Of a stretch of 64,000 nucleotides of DNA, positions 8,833 through 18,790 are shown piece by piece (within the stretch, counting starts at the first letter, position 1; each line of letters starts with the position of its first letter). The stretch is from an uncultured Actinomycetes bacterium. Lineage in GTDB: Bacteria; Actinomycetota; Acidimicrobiia; IMCC26256; DASPTH01. The DNA is taken from assembly GCA_963721435.1 (NCBI GenBank), contig CAVRJC010000012.1, forward strand, positions 215,488 to 279,487, read 5' to 3'. The position numbers were made by a program, and so were the translations under genes. The notes beneath the pieces were generated by a model. It was given only the letters and a program-made list of their open reading frames with translations. It made no database searches and had not been told where the DNA came from.

Positions 8833-9657
8833 ATGGTCGCCGACTCGATCCCGAAGACCGTGGTGGTGCCGCTCGACGGCTCCGAGTTCGCGTTGCGCGC
8901 GGTCTCGGTGGCGGCGGACCTCGCGGGAAGCTTCGATGCCGATCTCGTTCTGATGACCACCCCGCTCACTGACGACGAGGAGTTGCGCGACATCCCGCCG
9001 GCCTGGCTCGCTGAGGCCGCGAACGGGTGCGGTTACGCGCGCGTCCAGACGGTGTTGGCCCAGGACGACCACGCGGGTGCGGCCGTCGCCGACCTGGTCG
9101 CGTGGATGCCCAATGCCGCCGTGTGCATGTCGACGCACGGTCATGGTCGTGTCGTCTCCGCCGCGCTCGGCAGCGTGGCCAACGACGTCGTCCGTCGCGT
9201 CGCCACGCCCGTCGTGCTCCTCGGGCCGGACTACGTCGACGAGCCGAACGACAACGGCTGGATGGTCGTCGCCCACGACGGCTCCGAATCCGCCGACGCG
9301 ATCCTCGCTCCGGCGCGCGCCTGGGCGCGCGCGCTCGGGCTGCTCGTGACGGTGGTCCACGTGTTGCACCCACTCGACGTCCCGGGCGCGCAGGCACCGA
9401 CCAAGGACATCGACGACGTGATCGAGTACTTCGGCGAGGGCACCACGGCGCGCGTGGTCCGCAGCTCGTATCCCGCCGGCGCGATCCGCGACGTCGTGGA
9501 CGATGTTCGCCCGTTGCTGGTTGCGATGAGCACACACGGCCGCACCGGTTTGGCCCGGATCACCCTGGGCAGCGTCGCCACCGACGTCGTGCACTCGTGC
9601 CCGCGCCCGTTGCTGGTGAGCCGGCCTGCCGCGCTCGGCGATCCAGGCGGAACGTAG
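8833..9657 (+). CDS. universal stress protein, tandem UspA domains
   Basis: STHGHGRVVSAALGSVANDVVRRVATPVVLL and STHGRTGLARITLGSVATDVVHSCPRPLLV. Confidence 0.9.
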   Translation: MVADSIPKTVVVPLDGSEFALRAVSVAADLAGSFDADLVLMTTPLTDDEELRDIPPAWLAEAANGCGYARVQTVLAQDDHAGAAVADLVAWMPNAAVCMSTHGHGRVVSAALGSVANDVVRRVATPVVLLGPDYVDEPNDNGWMVVAHDGSESADAILAPARAWARALGLLVTVVHVLHPLDVPGAQAPTKDIDDVIEYFGEGTTARVVRSSYPAGAIRDVVDDVRPLLVAMSTHGRTGLARITLGSVATDVVHSCPRPLLVSRPAALGDPGGT

Positions 9658-9677
9658 CTCGCTGTAGGGTTCGGCCG

Positions 9678-10499
9678 ATGAGCCCCGAGCCGCGCACTGG
9701 TCCACCCGAGGGCGACTGGCTGGGCTCGCAGTTCCTGCGCTTCGAACGACGCGGGCCGCTCGCGCTCGTCACCGTCGACCGGCCGGAAGCGCGCAACGCG
9801 CTCACGGCGTACATGTACTTCGGGATCCGCTACGCGGTGCAGCACGTGAACCAATCGCCGGAGCTCGCGGGGCTGCTCATCACCGGTGTCGACGACGTGT
9901 TCATCCCGGGTGGCGACCTCGGTGGCGCGAGCCCCGACGCGTGGGGTGACGTCCCACGCTGGCTCGGCATGGACCTCACCCCGTTCGACACGATTCGTCG
10001 GTCGCGCAAACCCGTCGTGAGCGCGGTCAACGGCATCTGTCAGGGCGGCGGGATGATGATCGCGATGTTGAGTGACGTCGCGATCGCGAGTGATCGCGCG
10101 ACATTCCGCGCGCCCGAGTTGCTGCGGGGTTACGCCGACACGAACTACGGGCAGATCCTCCCCCGCCAGATCGGGCCCGCCCGTGCGCGTGACTTGCTCT
10201 ACACCGGGCGCAAGATCGACGCCGCGACCGCGGAGTCGTGGGGGCTGGTCGCGCGCATGGTTCCGCACGACGAGTTGATGCACGAGTCGTGGGCCGCACT
10301 CGTCGCGTGTTGCCGCACTGCACCCAACGCGCGCACCGCGATCAAGCAGAACGTCGACGCCTACTACGGGCAGTGGGACCGCATCGCGATGGAAGCGAGC
10401 ATCGGGAACCCCGAGACCATCGAGGGCTTCGCTGCGTTCAAGGAGCGCCGCTCCCCGTCATGGGTCCCCGAAGACCTCCGCGACGACGGCCGCCTCTAG
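9678..10499 (+). CDS. enoyl-CoA hydratase/isomerase (crotonase) family protein
   Basis: ATG 9678. VTVDRPEARNALT and PVVSAVNGICQGGGMMIAMLSDVAIAS. Confidence 0.88.
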   Translation: MSPEPRTGPPEGDWLGSQFLRFERRGPLALVTVDRPEARNALTAYMYFGIRYAVQHVNQSPELAGLLITGVDDVFIPGGDLGGASPDAWGDVPRWLGMDLTPFDTIRRSRKPVVSAVNGICQGGGMMIAMLSDVAIASDRATFRAPELLRGYADTNYGQILPRQIGPARARDLLYTGRKIDAATAESWGLVARMVPHDELMHESWAALVACCRTAPNARTAIKQNVDAYYGQWDRIAMEASIGNPETIEGFAAFKERRSPSWVPEDLRDDGRL

Positions 10500-10555
10500 C
10501 GAACGAAAGGTTCGCTGCCGGACTTGTCGGCAATGCCCGATTGAGTGGGCGAACC
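10499..10555. terminator. candidate bidirectional terminator between convergent genes
   Basis: GCGAAC (10499-10504)-GAAAG-GTTCGC (10510-10515) hairpin. GGTTCGC (10509-10515) can also pair with GCGAACC (10549-10555). Locally less GC-rich. No U-tract. Confidence 0.3.
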
Positions 10556-10572
10556 TTGAGCGAGCCAGAAAT

Positions 10573-11799
10573 TCAGGTCACGACGTTGTCGAGCTTGAGC
10601 TGGATGATCTCGTCGTCGGTCCGGCCGAGCTCCCGCAGGATCTCCTCGCCGTGCTCCGAGAACATCGGCGCCCGACGGAGCGCGGGCGCGGTCTCGTCGA
10701 ACTGCACCGGATTCGTCACCAGCTCGCGCTCGATGCCGTCGGCGTCGACGACCGACGCGACGAACCCGTTGGCCCGGAGCTGCGGGTCGTTCCCGAGCTC
10801 CAGGCTGTTCTGCACCGGCGCCCACTGGCCGTCGAGGGTCTGGAACCGTTCGATCCACTCCGCGAACGTGCGCGTCGCGATCTCCGCCTTCACGATCTCG
10901 GCTGCCTCACGTGCGTTCGCCATCAGCGCCTCGACGGTCGCGAAGCGGGCGTCGGTGATCAGGTCGTCCCGCTCGATGTGGCGGCAGAAGTCCGCCCAGT
11001 ACCGCCCCGGTTGCAGCATCGCCAGGTTCAGCCAGCGCCCGTCGGACGTCTGCACGTTGCCCACGACGGGGTTGTAGAGCGCGCTCACCGTCGACAACGG
11101 CTGCACCGGGTACGGCTCGCCCGACAGCAGCGCGATGTCGACGGCCAGCGCGCCGGCCCATGCCGCGAGCGCCAGCAGCGACACGTCGACCACTGCACCC
11201 TCGCCCGTACGCTCACGCGCGAAGAGCGCAGCCGCGATGCCGCCCGCGATCGTCATCCCACCGATCGAGTCGCCGTACGCGGGCGCGGGCATGCCGAGCA
11301 CTCCCTCCACCTCGGGCGGCGTGATGCCCGCACCGCCACCGCCGCGCGACCAGAACGCACTCGAGTCGAAGCCACCTTTGCGGGCGTCGGGCCCCTTGGC
11401 CCCGAACGCGCTCCCCCGCACGTAGATGATGCGCGGGTTGACCACGCGCACGTCGTCGACGTCGATCCTGAGTCGCTCGCGCGCGTCGGGGAGGAAGTTC
11501 GTCACGAACACGTCGCTCGTGCGCACGAGGTCGTAGAACACGTCGAGCCCCGCGGGCTCGTGCAACGCGAGGCCGATACTGCGCTTGCCGCGGTTCGGGT
11601 GCTCCATGATCGGCTTGAACGAGCCCACTGCAAAGCTCGCGGGCCCCGCTTGCATCCCGCGTTGAGCGTCGCCCATCACGTGGTGCTCGATCTTGATCAC
11701 GTCGGCACCCCAGTCGGCGAGCACGGCACCCGCAGCCGGTGTGTACGTGAACTGCGCCGCTTCGACGACGCGCACTCCCGCCATCGGGAGGTGCGTCAT
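10573..11799 (-). CDS. family III CoA-transferase (CaiB/BaiF type)
   Basis: MAGVRVVEAAQFTYTPAAGAVLADWGADVIKIEH. ATG 11799 overlaps the upstream stop. The rest of track ORF 10573..12561 is read-through. Confidence 0.9.
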   Translation of the reverse strand: MTHLPMAGVRVVEAAQFTYTPAAGAVLADWGADVIKIEHHVMGDAQRGMQAGPASFAVGSFKPIMEHPNRGKRSIGLALHEPAGLDVFYDLVRTSDVFVTNFLPDARERLRIDVDDVRVVNPRIIYVRGSAFGAKGPDARKGGFDSSAFWSRGGGGAGITPPEVEGVLGMPAPAYGDSIGGMTIAGGIAAALFARERTGEGAVVDVSLLALAAWAGALAVDIALLSGEPYPVQPLSTVSALYNPVVGNVQTSDGRWLNLAMLQPGRYWADFCRHIERDDLITDARFATVEALMANAREAAEIVKAEIATRTFAEWIERFQTLDGQWAPVQNSLELGNDPQLRANGFVASVVDADGIERELVTNPVQFDETAPALRRAPMFSEHGEEILRELGRTDDEIIQLKLDNVVT

Positions 11800-12710
11800 C
11801 CGACCGCCGCGATGATCTCCGCCCCGAACTCGCCGATGCGGTCGATGACACCCGCGCGCGTGTCGGCGGGCGCGTGCGCTGCGATGCCCACGATGCCGAG
11901 CTCGCGCAGCTCCGCGATGTGATCGATCAGCCGCGCCTTGTCGTAGCCGGGGAACGCCGGGCTCGACGGCAGGAACGGCATCGCGACCACGTCGAAGCGA
12001 CCGGTGGCGCCGGTTTCGGCGCGGTAGCCCTCGGCGTAGGCGAGCATGGCCTTCAGGTCGTCGACGGTCTCGAGGAACGCGGAGCGGCGGCGGTTGCCGA
12101 GCTCGCGCGGGTACGGCATCGGGACCCAACCGTCGCAGAGGTCGATGGCGCGGCGGATGGCGCGCTTCGAGTTCCCGCCCACCCAGATCGGCGGCGCCGC
12201 CTGCGGGTGCGGGAGCATGGTGTGACCGCGCGCGACGAAGTGACGGCCGGTCATCTCGACGCCGTCCTCCTCCCACGCGCGCTTCATCGCGACGAGACCC
12301 TCGTCGAAGAGCTCGTTGCGTTCGTCGAAGTCGACGCCGAGCGCGTCGAACTCGGGCTTCAGATAGCCCGCGCCCACTCCGAGGATGAGGCGCTCTCCCG
12401 ACAGCACGTGCACGCTCAGCGCGGCCTTGGCGGTGAGGAACGGGTTGCGGTACGGGACGACGCACAGGAACGTCATCACGTTGATCGTCGACGTCGCCGC
12501 CGCCGCGAACGACAGCGCGACGAACGGGTCGAGCGCGTGGTGCCCGCCGCTGCGCATCCACTCGTCCTCGGGGAACGGGTGCTCGGTGACGAACACGCTC
12601 GAGAACCCAGCCGCCTCCGCGGCCTGGGACATCTCGGCGATGGCGTCGGCGGTCACGAACTCCGACGCTTTGGCAACGTTGTCGGTCGGGAGACCCAGGT
12701 GAAACTGCAT
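11796..12710 (-). CDS. LLM-class (luciferase-like) F420-dependent oxidoreductase
   Basis: FVTEHPF..LSGERLILGVGAGYLKPEFDALGVDFDERNELFDEGL..PPIWVGGNS. Confidence 0.88.
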   Translation of the reverse strand: MQFHLGLPTDNVAKASEFVTADAIAEMSQAAEAAGFSSVFVTEHPFPEDEWMRSGGHHALDPFVALSFAAAATSTINVMTFLCVVPYRNPFLTAKAALSVHVLSGERLILGVGAGYLKPEFDALGVDFDERNELFDEGLVAMKRAWEEDGVEMTGRHFVARGHTMLPHPQAAPPIWVGGNSKRAIRRAIDLCDGWVPMPYPRELGNRRRSAFLETVDDLKAMLAYAEGYRAETGATGRFDVVAMPFLPSSPAFPGYDKARLIDHIAELRELGIVGIAAHAPADTRAGVIDRIGEFGAEIIAAVG

Positions 12711-12726
12711 CCCGGGAGAGTAACGG

Positions 12727-13926
12727 TCAGCGGGTGGCGGGTGGCTCGGCCGGCTCGAAGTGGAACAGCCGCTCCGCGGTGCCCCGGAGGATCTTGTACT
12801 GGACCTCGGGCGGCAGGTGACCGAGCCGCTTGTGAGCGAGATCGATGCACTCGGGCCAGGTGGAGTCGGTGTGCGGGTAGTCGGTCTCGATCATCACGTT
12901 GTCCTCACCGATGGTGGCGAGGTTGGCGATCCCGTGCACATCGTCGATGAAGCAGCCAAACACATGGTCACGGAAGCGGGCGCGCACGTCGAAGGTGTCG
13001 AGCGACGACTTCTGTCCCGCCATCTGGCCGTCGTAGGCGGCGAAGCCGACGCCGCGGGAGACCCAGTGCCGTTGCTTGTCGACGACCTGCTCGGCGCGTT
13101 CGAGGAAGTACGGGATCCACCCGATGTTGCCCTCCGACAGCGCGATCTTGAGGTTCGGCATGCGGTCGAAGTAGTCGCAGAAGAGCCAGTCGAGCATCGA
13201 GCCGGCCGTGCGGACCGCGCCCCACGCGAGGTTGGCGAGCGTCGGCGTGTCGTGCGCGATGCGCGGCAGCGTGGACGACGAGCCCACGTGCATGCACACC
13301 ACCATTTCCAGGTCGTTGGCCGCCTGCATCACGGGGTCCCAGTAGCCGTCCTTGTCGTGGATGGTGGGAAGGCCGAGCGGTTCGCAGTTCTCCGAGAACG
13401 CGAACGCGTGCACGCCCATCGCGGCGCACCGCGCCATCTCGACCGCCGCGGCGGCGGGGTCGCGCAGCGGGATGATCACGAGCGGGATGTAGCGACCGGG
13501 CGCGGAGCCGCACCACTCCTCGATCATCCAGTCGTTGTACGCGCGGATGCACGCCATGCCGAGTTCGGCGTCGTCGATCTCGGAGAACGCCTGACCGCAG
13601 AATCGGGGGAACGACGGGAAGCACAGCGACGCGAGCACGCCGGCGCGGTTCATGTCCTCGAGCCGGGCGAGGGAGTCGTAGCAGCCATCGCGCATGTCGC
13701 GGTACGACATCGGCAGCGGGCTGAACTCCTCCTTCTTGCGGCCGGCGGCGACCGACAGCCCCGAGGTGGGCGCACGCCGGCCATTGAACTCCCAGTAGTC
13801 CATGTCGTCGTCGGAGACGAGCTTGGGCGCCACGTCCTTGAACTTGGCCGACACGCGGTCCTGCCACACGTTCGCCGGCTCGATGACGTGGTCGTCGACC
13901 GAGATGAGCCAGTCGAGGTCCAGCAT
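12727..13926 (-). CDS. amidohydrolase_2 (metal-dependent hydrolase/decarboxylase) family protein
   Basis: ATG 13926. LISVDDHVIEP, DMNRAGVLASLCFPSFPRFCGQ, MHVGSSS, ETDYPHTDSTWP. Confidence 0.87.
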   Translation of the reverse strand: MLDLDWLISVDDHVIEPANVWQDRVSAKFKDVAPKLVSDDDMDYWEFNGRRAPTSGLSVAAGRKKEEFSPLPMSYRDMRDGCYDSLARLEDMNRAGVLASLCFPSFPRFCGQAFSEIDDAELGMACIRAYNDWMIEEWCGSAPGRYIPLVIIPLRDPAAAAVEMARCAAMGVHAFAFSENCEPLGLPTIHDKDGYWDPVMQAANDLEMVVCMHVGSSSTLPRIAHDTPTLANLAWGAVRTAGSMLDWLFCDYFDRMPNLKIALSEGNIGWIPYFLERAEQVVDKQRHWVSRGVGFAAYDGQMAGQKSSLDTFDVRARFRDHVFGCFIDDVHGIANLATIGEDNVMIETDYPHTDSTWPECIDLAHKRLGHLPPEVQYKILRGTAERLFHFEPAEPPATR

Positions 13927-13976
13927 GAGGCCCCCTTTGCGACGGTGATTGAAGGTTCGGCCGGCTGACAACATGC

Positions 13977-13990
13977 CAGCACCGGTGCTG
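13977..13990. promoter_or_regulatory. perfect 14-bp palindrome CAGCACCGGTGCTG in a divergent promoter region (candidate operator)
   Basis: Lies between divergent starts 13926 (-) and 14012 (+). An IclR regulator is encoded in the plus-strand operon. Confidence 0.4.
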
Positions 13991-14011
13991 AATCAGTGTT
14001 ACCTTACACCC

Positions 14012-15205
14012 ATGTTCGAAGGCATCAAGATCGTCGAGCTCGCCCAGTGGGTGTTCGTCCCGGCGGCGGGCGCGGTCTTCTCGAACCTCGGGGCCGAGGT
14101 GGTCAAGATCGAGCGGCTCGGGGGTGGTGACCCGCTGCGCGGGCTGTTCACCGCATCGCTCGGGCAGCAGACCGGCACCTACAACCCACGAGTCGAGCAG
14201 AACAACAGCGGCAAGAAGAGCCTCGCCATCGACATCGCCTCGGCGGAGGGCCTCGAGATCCTGTTCCGGCTCATCGAGCAGGCCGACGTGTTCCTCACCA
14301 ACTTCCGGTCGAGCACGCTCACGCGCTACGGCCTCGACGTCGACGGCGTGCGCGCGCGCAACCCGCGCGTCATCTATGCGCGCGGCCACGGCTTCGGCGC
14401 GCGCGGCCGGCACGCCGACCGCCCTGGTTACGACGCGTCGGCGTTCTGGGCGCGCGGCGGCGTCGGCGCGACCCTCACCACCGCCGACGCGACCCAGCCT
14501 GTCGCCATGCGCCCCGCGTTCGGCGATCACACCGCGGCGATGAACCTCGCGTTCGGGGTGGCCGCGGCGTTGTACAAGCGCGAGCGCACCGGCGAGCCGT
14601 CGGTCGTCGACACGTCGCTGCTCGCCACCGCGATGTGGACGCTCTCCTCCGACGTGCTCTCGGCGTTCAACCCCGGCTACGTGGGCGGCGCGACGACGCG
14701 CGCGCCGCAGCAGAGCCCGCTGGCGGGAACGTTCAAGACCGCGGACGGTCGGTGGATCGCGCTCGTGTTCATGGAGCCCGACCGCTACTGGGACCCGTTC
14801 TGCCGACACATCGGCCGTGGCGACCTCGCGGTCGACGAGCGCTTCCGCGAAGGAGGCGCGCGCACGCAGAACGCGCGCGAATGCCTCGCGATCCTTGCCG
14901 AGGTGTTCGCGTCACGGGACTACGACGACTGGCGCCGCATCGTGGCCGAGCTCGACGCGCCCTGGGAGCCCATGCAGTCGGTGCAGGACCTCTACGACGA
15001 CGAACAGGTGCTGGCCAACGGCTACCTGCCGAAGATCAACGACCGCGACGACCACGTCGTCGCGGTCCCGACGCAGTTCGACGGCGAGCTCGAAGCGCCC
15101 GAGCGCGCACCTGAGTTCGGCGAGCACACCGAGCAGGTGCTGCTCGACCTCGGCCTCGACTGGGACGAGCTCGTGAAGCTCAAGGACGCGAAGGTGATCC
15201 TCTAG
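14012..15205 (+). CDS. family III CoA-transferase (CaiB/BaiF type)
   Basis: FEGIKIVELAQWVFVPAAGAVFSNLGAEVVKIE. TACCTT-N6-ATG leaderless-type start. Confidence 0.9.
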   Translation: MFEGIKIVELAQWVFVPAAGAVFSNLGAEVVKIERLGGGDPLRGLFTASLGQQTGTYNPRVEQNNSGKKSLAIDIASAEGLEILFRLIEQADVFLTNFRSSTLTRYGLDVDGVRARNPRVIYARGHGFGARGRHADRPGYDASAFWARGGVGATLTTADATQPVAMRPAFGDHTAAMNLAFGVAAALYKRERTGEPSVVDTSLLATAMWTLSSDVLSAFNPGYVGGATTRAPQQSPLAGTFKTADGRWIALVFMEPDRYWDPFCRHIGRGDLAVDERFREGGARTQNARECLAILAEVFASRDYDDWRRIVAELDAPWEPMQSVQDLYDDEQVLANGYLPKINDRDDHVVAVPTQFDGELEAPERAPEFGEHTEQVLLDLGLDWDELVKLKDAKVIL

Positions 15206-16123
15206 ATGCCGGCGGCATCCGACGACCGCACCGCGGGGATTCGGCCGTCGCCGTCGGCGCGCCGCGCCACGCAGCTCCTCAACTACCTCGCGGGCAACCG
15301 TGACGCGTCGTACAGCGTGTCGGAGCTCGCGCGCGCGCTCGCCATGAACCGCGCCACGTGCCAGTCGGTGCTCATGGGCCTCGAGGAAGGTGGGTTCGTA
15401 CGGCGCGACCCGCGGACCAAGACCTATTCGCTCGGCGCCGCGCTCATCCCGCTGGGCGAAGCCGCGCTCGCGAGCTTGAAGGTCGTCGACGAGGCGCTCC
15501 CCGAGATCGAGCGCGTCGCGGCCGATGCCGGCCTCGAGTGCATCGCCGCGGTCGCGGCCGGGGCCGAGATGATCATCGTCGCCCGCGCCGGCCCGGCGAG
15601 CCGATTCGGTGGCTCGATCCGGGTCGGCCAGACCGTGCCGATCTGCCCCCCGTTCGGGATCGCGTTCGTGGCGTGGTCCGACACCGACGCCATCGACGCC
15701 TGGCTGGCGCGCGCCGGGAAGCTGCCCGAGCCCGAGCGCAAGCGCTACCTCGCGTCGATCGACGCGGTACGCCAGCGGGGCTACTCGGTCACGCTCGAGA
15801 TCCGGAGCCGGGAGCGGCTGGCGCACGTGCTCGCGCAGCTGCGCGCCGACCAACAGCGTGGCGGCAGCGGCCTGGCCGAGCACGAGCAGATCAACCAGCT
15901 GCTCCACGAGGAGTACCTGCTCCCGGAGGGCGAAGAGCCGGGCTCCCACCGGCTTGCTCAGCTGTCGGTGCCGGTGTTCGGGCCCGACCGATCCGTCGCG
16001 CTCGTCATCGGCCTCACCGGCTTCCCGCACGACCTCACCTCTGACGAGATCGACGGCTACGTCGCGCCCCTCCTCGGCGCCGCGTCACGCATCACCGAGC
16101 GCATCCACGGCGCCCGCCCCTGA
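15206..16123 (+). CDS. IclR-family transcriptional regulator
   Basis: Winged HTH YSVSELARALAMNRATCQSVLMGLEEGGFVRRDPRTKTYSLG plus a C-terminal effector domain. ATG directly follows the upstream TAG. Confidence 0.87.
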   Translation: MPAASDDRTAGIRPSPSARRATQLLNYLAGNRDASYSVSELARALAMNRATCQSVLMGLEEGGFVRRDPRTKTYSLGAALIPLGEAALASLKVVDEALPEIERVAADAGLECIAAVAAGAEMIIVARAGPASRFGGSIRVGQTVPICPPFGIAFVAWSDTDAIDAWLARAGKLPEPERKRYLASIDAVRQRGYSVTLEIRSRERLAHVLAQLRADQQRGGSGLAEHEQINQLLHEEYLLPEGEEPGSHRLAQLSVPVFGPDRSVALVIGLTGFPHDLTSDEIDGYVAPLLGAASRITERIHGARP

Positions 16124-16134
16124 CGTCACCGGCG

Positions 16135-17305
16135 ATGAGCGCTCGAATCCCGACCGCGGATGACGTCATCGAGCAGGCGTGCACCGAGACCGCGCTCACC
16201 GACTTCGGAGGCGACAGCTACCGCGAAGGGCTCGACGTCTTCCTCGTGGCGATGGCACGCGACGCGAAGCTCACGCCTGGCGCAGTCGAGCAGTACCGCG
16301 TGATGCTCGTGCGTCGGCTCTCCAACCGGCTCCGCATCGAGGACTGGTACCACCGCTACCCCGACGTCGCCCACACCCCGGTGCAGGGCCCGATCGCAGT
16401 GATGGGCGTGCCGCGCACGGGCACGTCCGCGCTGGTGAACATGCTCGCCCTCGACACCACCTTCCGAGCGCTGCGCTCGTTCGAGGCAGCCGAGCCCGTG
16501 CCGCCGATCGACGGCGCGCACGAGCAGGACGACCCGCGCTACGCACACGCCGCGCGCCTGAAGGAGCAACTGCGCGGCGTGCACTCACCGCTCATGGTCA
16601 TGCACCTGTTCGATCCGCTCGGCCCCGAGGAGGACTTCGACCTGCTGGGCCTCGACGTCAAGGCGATGCAGGCGGCCGACCCTCTGTTCTCGTACATCTC
16701 CTGGTGGCGCACATGCGACATGACCCCGTGCTTCGAGTACCACGCCCGCGCGTTGATGCTGCTGCACTCGCGGCGTCCACCGACGCACTGGCTGCTCAAG
16801 GCGCCGCACTACAACTTCCACGTCGACGCCTTCGTGCACGCCTACCCCGACGCGTGGTTCGTCGTCACCCATCGCGATCCGGTGCAGGCGATCCCATCGG
16901 CGTGCAGCATCATCACGAGCCAGTACCCCGACAAGACGCGGGAGCCGATCGACCTCACGACCGTCGGCCCGTTCTTCCTCGAGCACTTCGCAATCGGCAA
17001 GCGGCGCGAGATGGAAGCACGCGATCGGGTCGGGAGCGAACGGTTCTTCGACGTCCACCACCAGTCGTTGAACGACGACCCGATCGGCACGCTCGTCGAG
17101 ATCTACGAGTTCCTCGATCGTCCCTTCCCCGACGATCTCCCTGCCCGCGTCGAGTCGTGGCTCGCCGAGAACCGCCAGGGCAGTCACGGGGCGCATGAGT
17201 ACACGCTCGAGCAGTTCGGCCTGACCGCAGCGCGCGGTACGGGATGAGTTCGCGGAGTACATCGATGCCTTCGACGTGCGCGTCGACGGCACACGCGGAA
17301 CGTGA
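16135..17305 (+). CDS. sulfotransferase family protein, apparent +1 frameshift near 17231-17237
   Basis: PAPS-binding loop GVPRTGTSALVNML. The track ORF stops at 17247, but the next frame continues AVRDEFAEYIDAFDVRVDGTRGT* to TGA 17303-17305. Confidence 0.75.
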
Positions 17306-17315
17306 TCGGAGCGCC

Positions 17316-18350
17316 ATGGAACTTGATCTGACCGGTGGCCTCGACCCGATGAGCGACTACGTGACTCCCGCGGCACCGGCCGACCCGACTCGGCGCGAAG
17401 GCGCGTCGATGTGGATCTGGGACGACGCCGGCCGCTTCGGCCTTCCTCGGGTGGCGGTCGAAGCCGTCGGCGCGACGTGGGCCACCGAACGCACCATCAT
17501 GTTCAATGTCGCGTTCCCCGACGGCCGGGTGCTGGTGTCGTGGGGCAACGAGACACCCCATCCACCCGAAGGCGCCGACGGTCGCGCGCGGGTGCTCGGA
17601 GCCGGTCCCCTCCAGCTGGAGTGCATCGAACCGTTCGCGCGGTGGCGCGTGACCTTCGACGGCCGCGCGGTCGAGACCACGGTCGCAGATCAGCTCGCGG
17701 GCACGGCGCCGCGGGGTCCCGCCGCCGCGGACACCGCCACGACCGACCTCTTCATCCAGGTGGACGCGCGCATGGCCGTCCCGCCGTGGATCCAGGGATC
17801 ACTCGAACCGCAGGGCCAGTTCGTCGCCGGCGAGCAGCGGTTCGAGCAGCTGTTCGCCGCCGTTGGGATCCTGCGGGTCGACGGCGTCGAGACCCCGTTC
17901 TCGGGCAGTGGGCTGCGGATCCACCGCAAGGGCGGGAACCGCAGCGACTACTCGGACTGGTTCGGCCACTGCTGGCAGTCGGCCCGGTTCCCGAGCGGTC
18001 GTGCCTTCGGGTACATCCACTACGCGCCCCGTCCCGACGGCTCGGTGAAGTACTGCGAGGGATACGTGTTCGACGGCGACGTCCTGGAACCCGCGCGCGT
18101 CATCGGCACCCCCTGGATGACGACGATGGTGCCCGCGGGTCAGGACGCGTCGTTCGCACTCGAATCCGCGCTCGGCCGCGCGGAGATCGAGGTCGAGACG
18201 TGCATGTCGACGTTCGTCCCCGAGCTGAAGTTGCGCGAAGACCTGAGCTTCCCGCCGCTGCAACAGGGCATCGCGCGCTATCGCTGGGACGGTGAAGAGG
18301 CCTACGGCATGATCGAGCGGTCGTACCCCCTCGCGATGATGGATCCGTGA
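17316..18350 (+). CDS. conserved hypothetical protein (no family assigned)
   Basis: ATG 17316, 10 nt after the restored sulfotransferase stop. G/C-rich third positions throughout. 344 aa. Confidence 0.6.
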   Translation: MELDLTGGLDPMSDYVTPAAPADPTRREGASMWIWDDAGRFGLPRVAVEAVGATWATERTIMFNVAFPDGRVLVSWGNETPHPPEGADGRARVLGAGPLQLECIEPFARWRVTFDGRAVETTVADQLAGTAPRGPAAADTATTDLFIQVDARMAVPPWIQGSLEPQGQFVAGEQRFEQLFAAVGILRVDGVETPFSGSGLRIHRKGGNRSDYSDWFGHCWQSARFPSGRAFGYIHYAPRPDGSVKYCEGYVFDGDVLEPARVIGTPWMTTMVPAGQDASFALESALGRAEIEVETCMSTFVPELKLREDLSFPPLQQGIARYRWDGEEAYGMIERSYPLAMMDP

Positions 18351-18357
18351 CGCAGTT

Positions 18358-18747
18358 TCACTCGTCGGCGCTCGCGAAGCCGAGCTCGCGCATCTTGGCG
18401 TAGACCGCCTTCATCAGGATCTCGAGCTCGGCGGGAGGATTGAACTCGAGTGCCTTTGTCGCCTCGAGGTACTCGAGCACGTGACCCGGCGGGAAGTAGT
18501 ACACGTCGCCCGCGCGCGCGGTGTCGTCTTCGTGCTCACCGTTCGGGTAGTGCGCGGTCAGCGCACCTTCGAAGATGTAGCCCCAGTGCGGGCAGTTGCA
18601 GACGCCGCCGGGCATGTCGGCGTAGAGCGGTGCGCAGTCCACTGCCATCGGCACGGTGGTGAAGCCGACGGCCATGCCGCCCCACTCCGTCGACAGGAAC
18701 GTGCTCGCAGGGCTGTGGAGCGGAAGCTCGGTCAACTGGCTGTGCAT
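18358..18747 (-). CDS. cupin-domain protein
   Basis: 129 aa. CPHWGYIFEG and GDVYYFPPGHVLEY beta-barrel motifs. Confidence 0.7.
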   Translation of the reverse strand: MHSQLTELPLHSPASTFLSTEWGGMAVGFTTVPMAVDCAPLYADMPGGVCNCPHWGYIFEGALTAHYPNGEHEDDTARAGDVYYFPPGHVLEYLEATKALEFNPPAELEILMKAVYAKMRELGFASADE

Positions 18748-18790
18748 GGCTCTCCGATCGGATTGGCTGACACGGACGTTTGCAGAGGGT

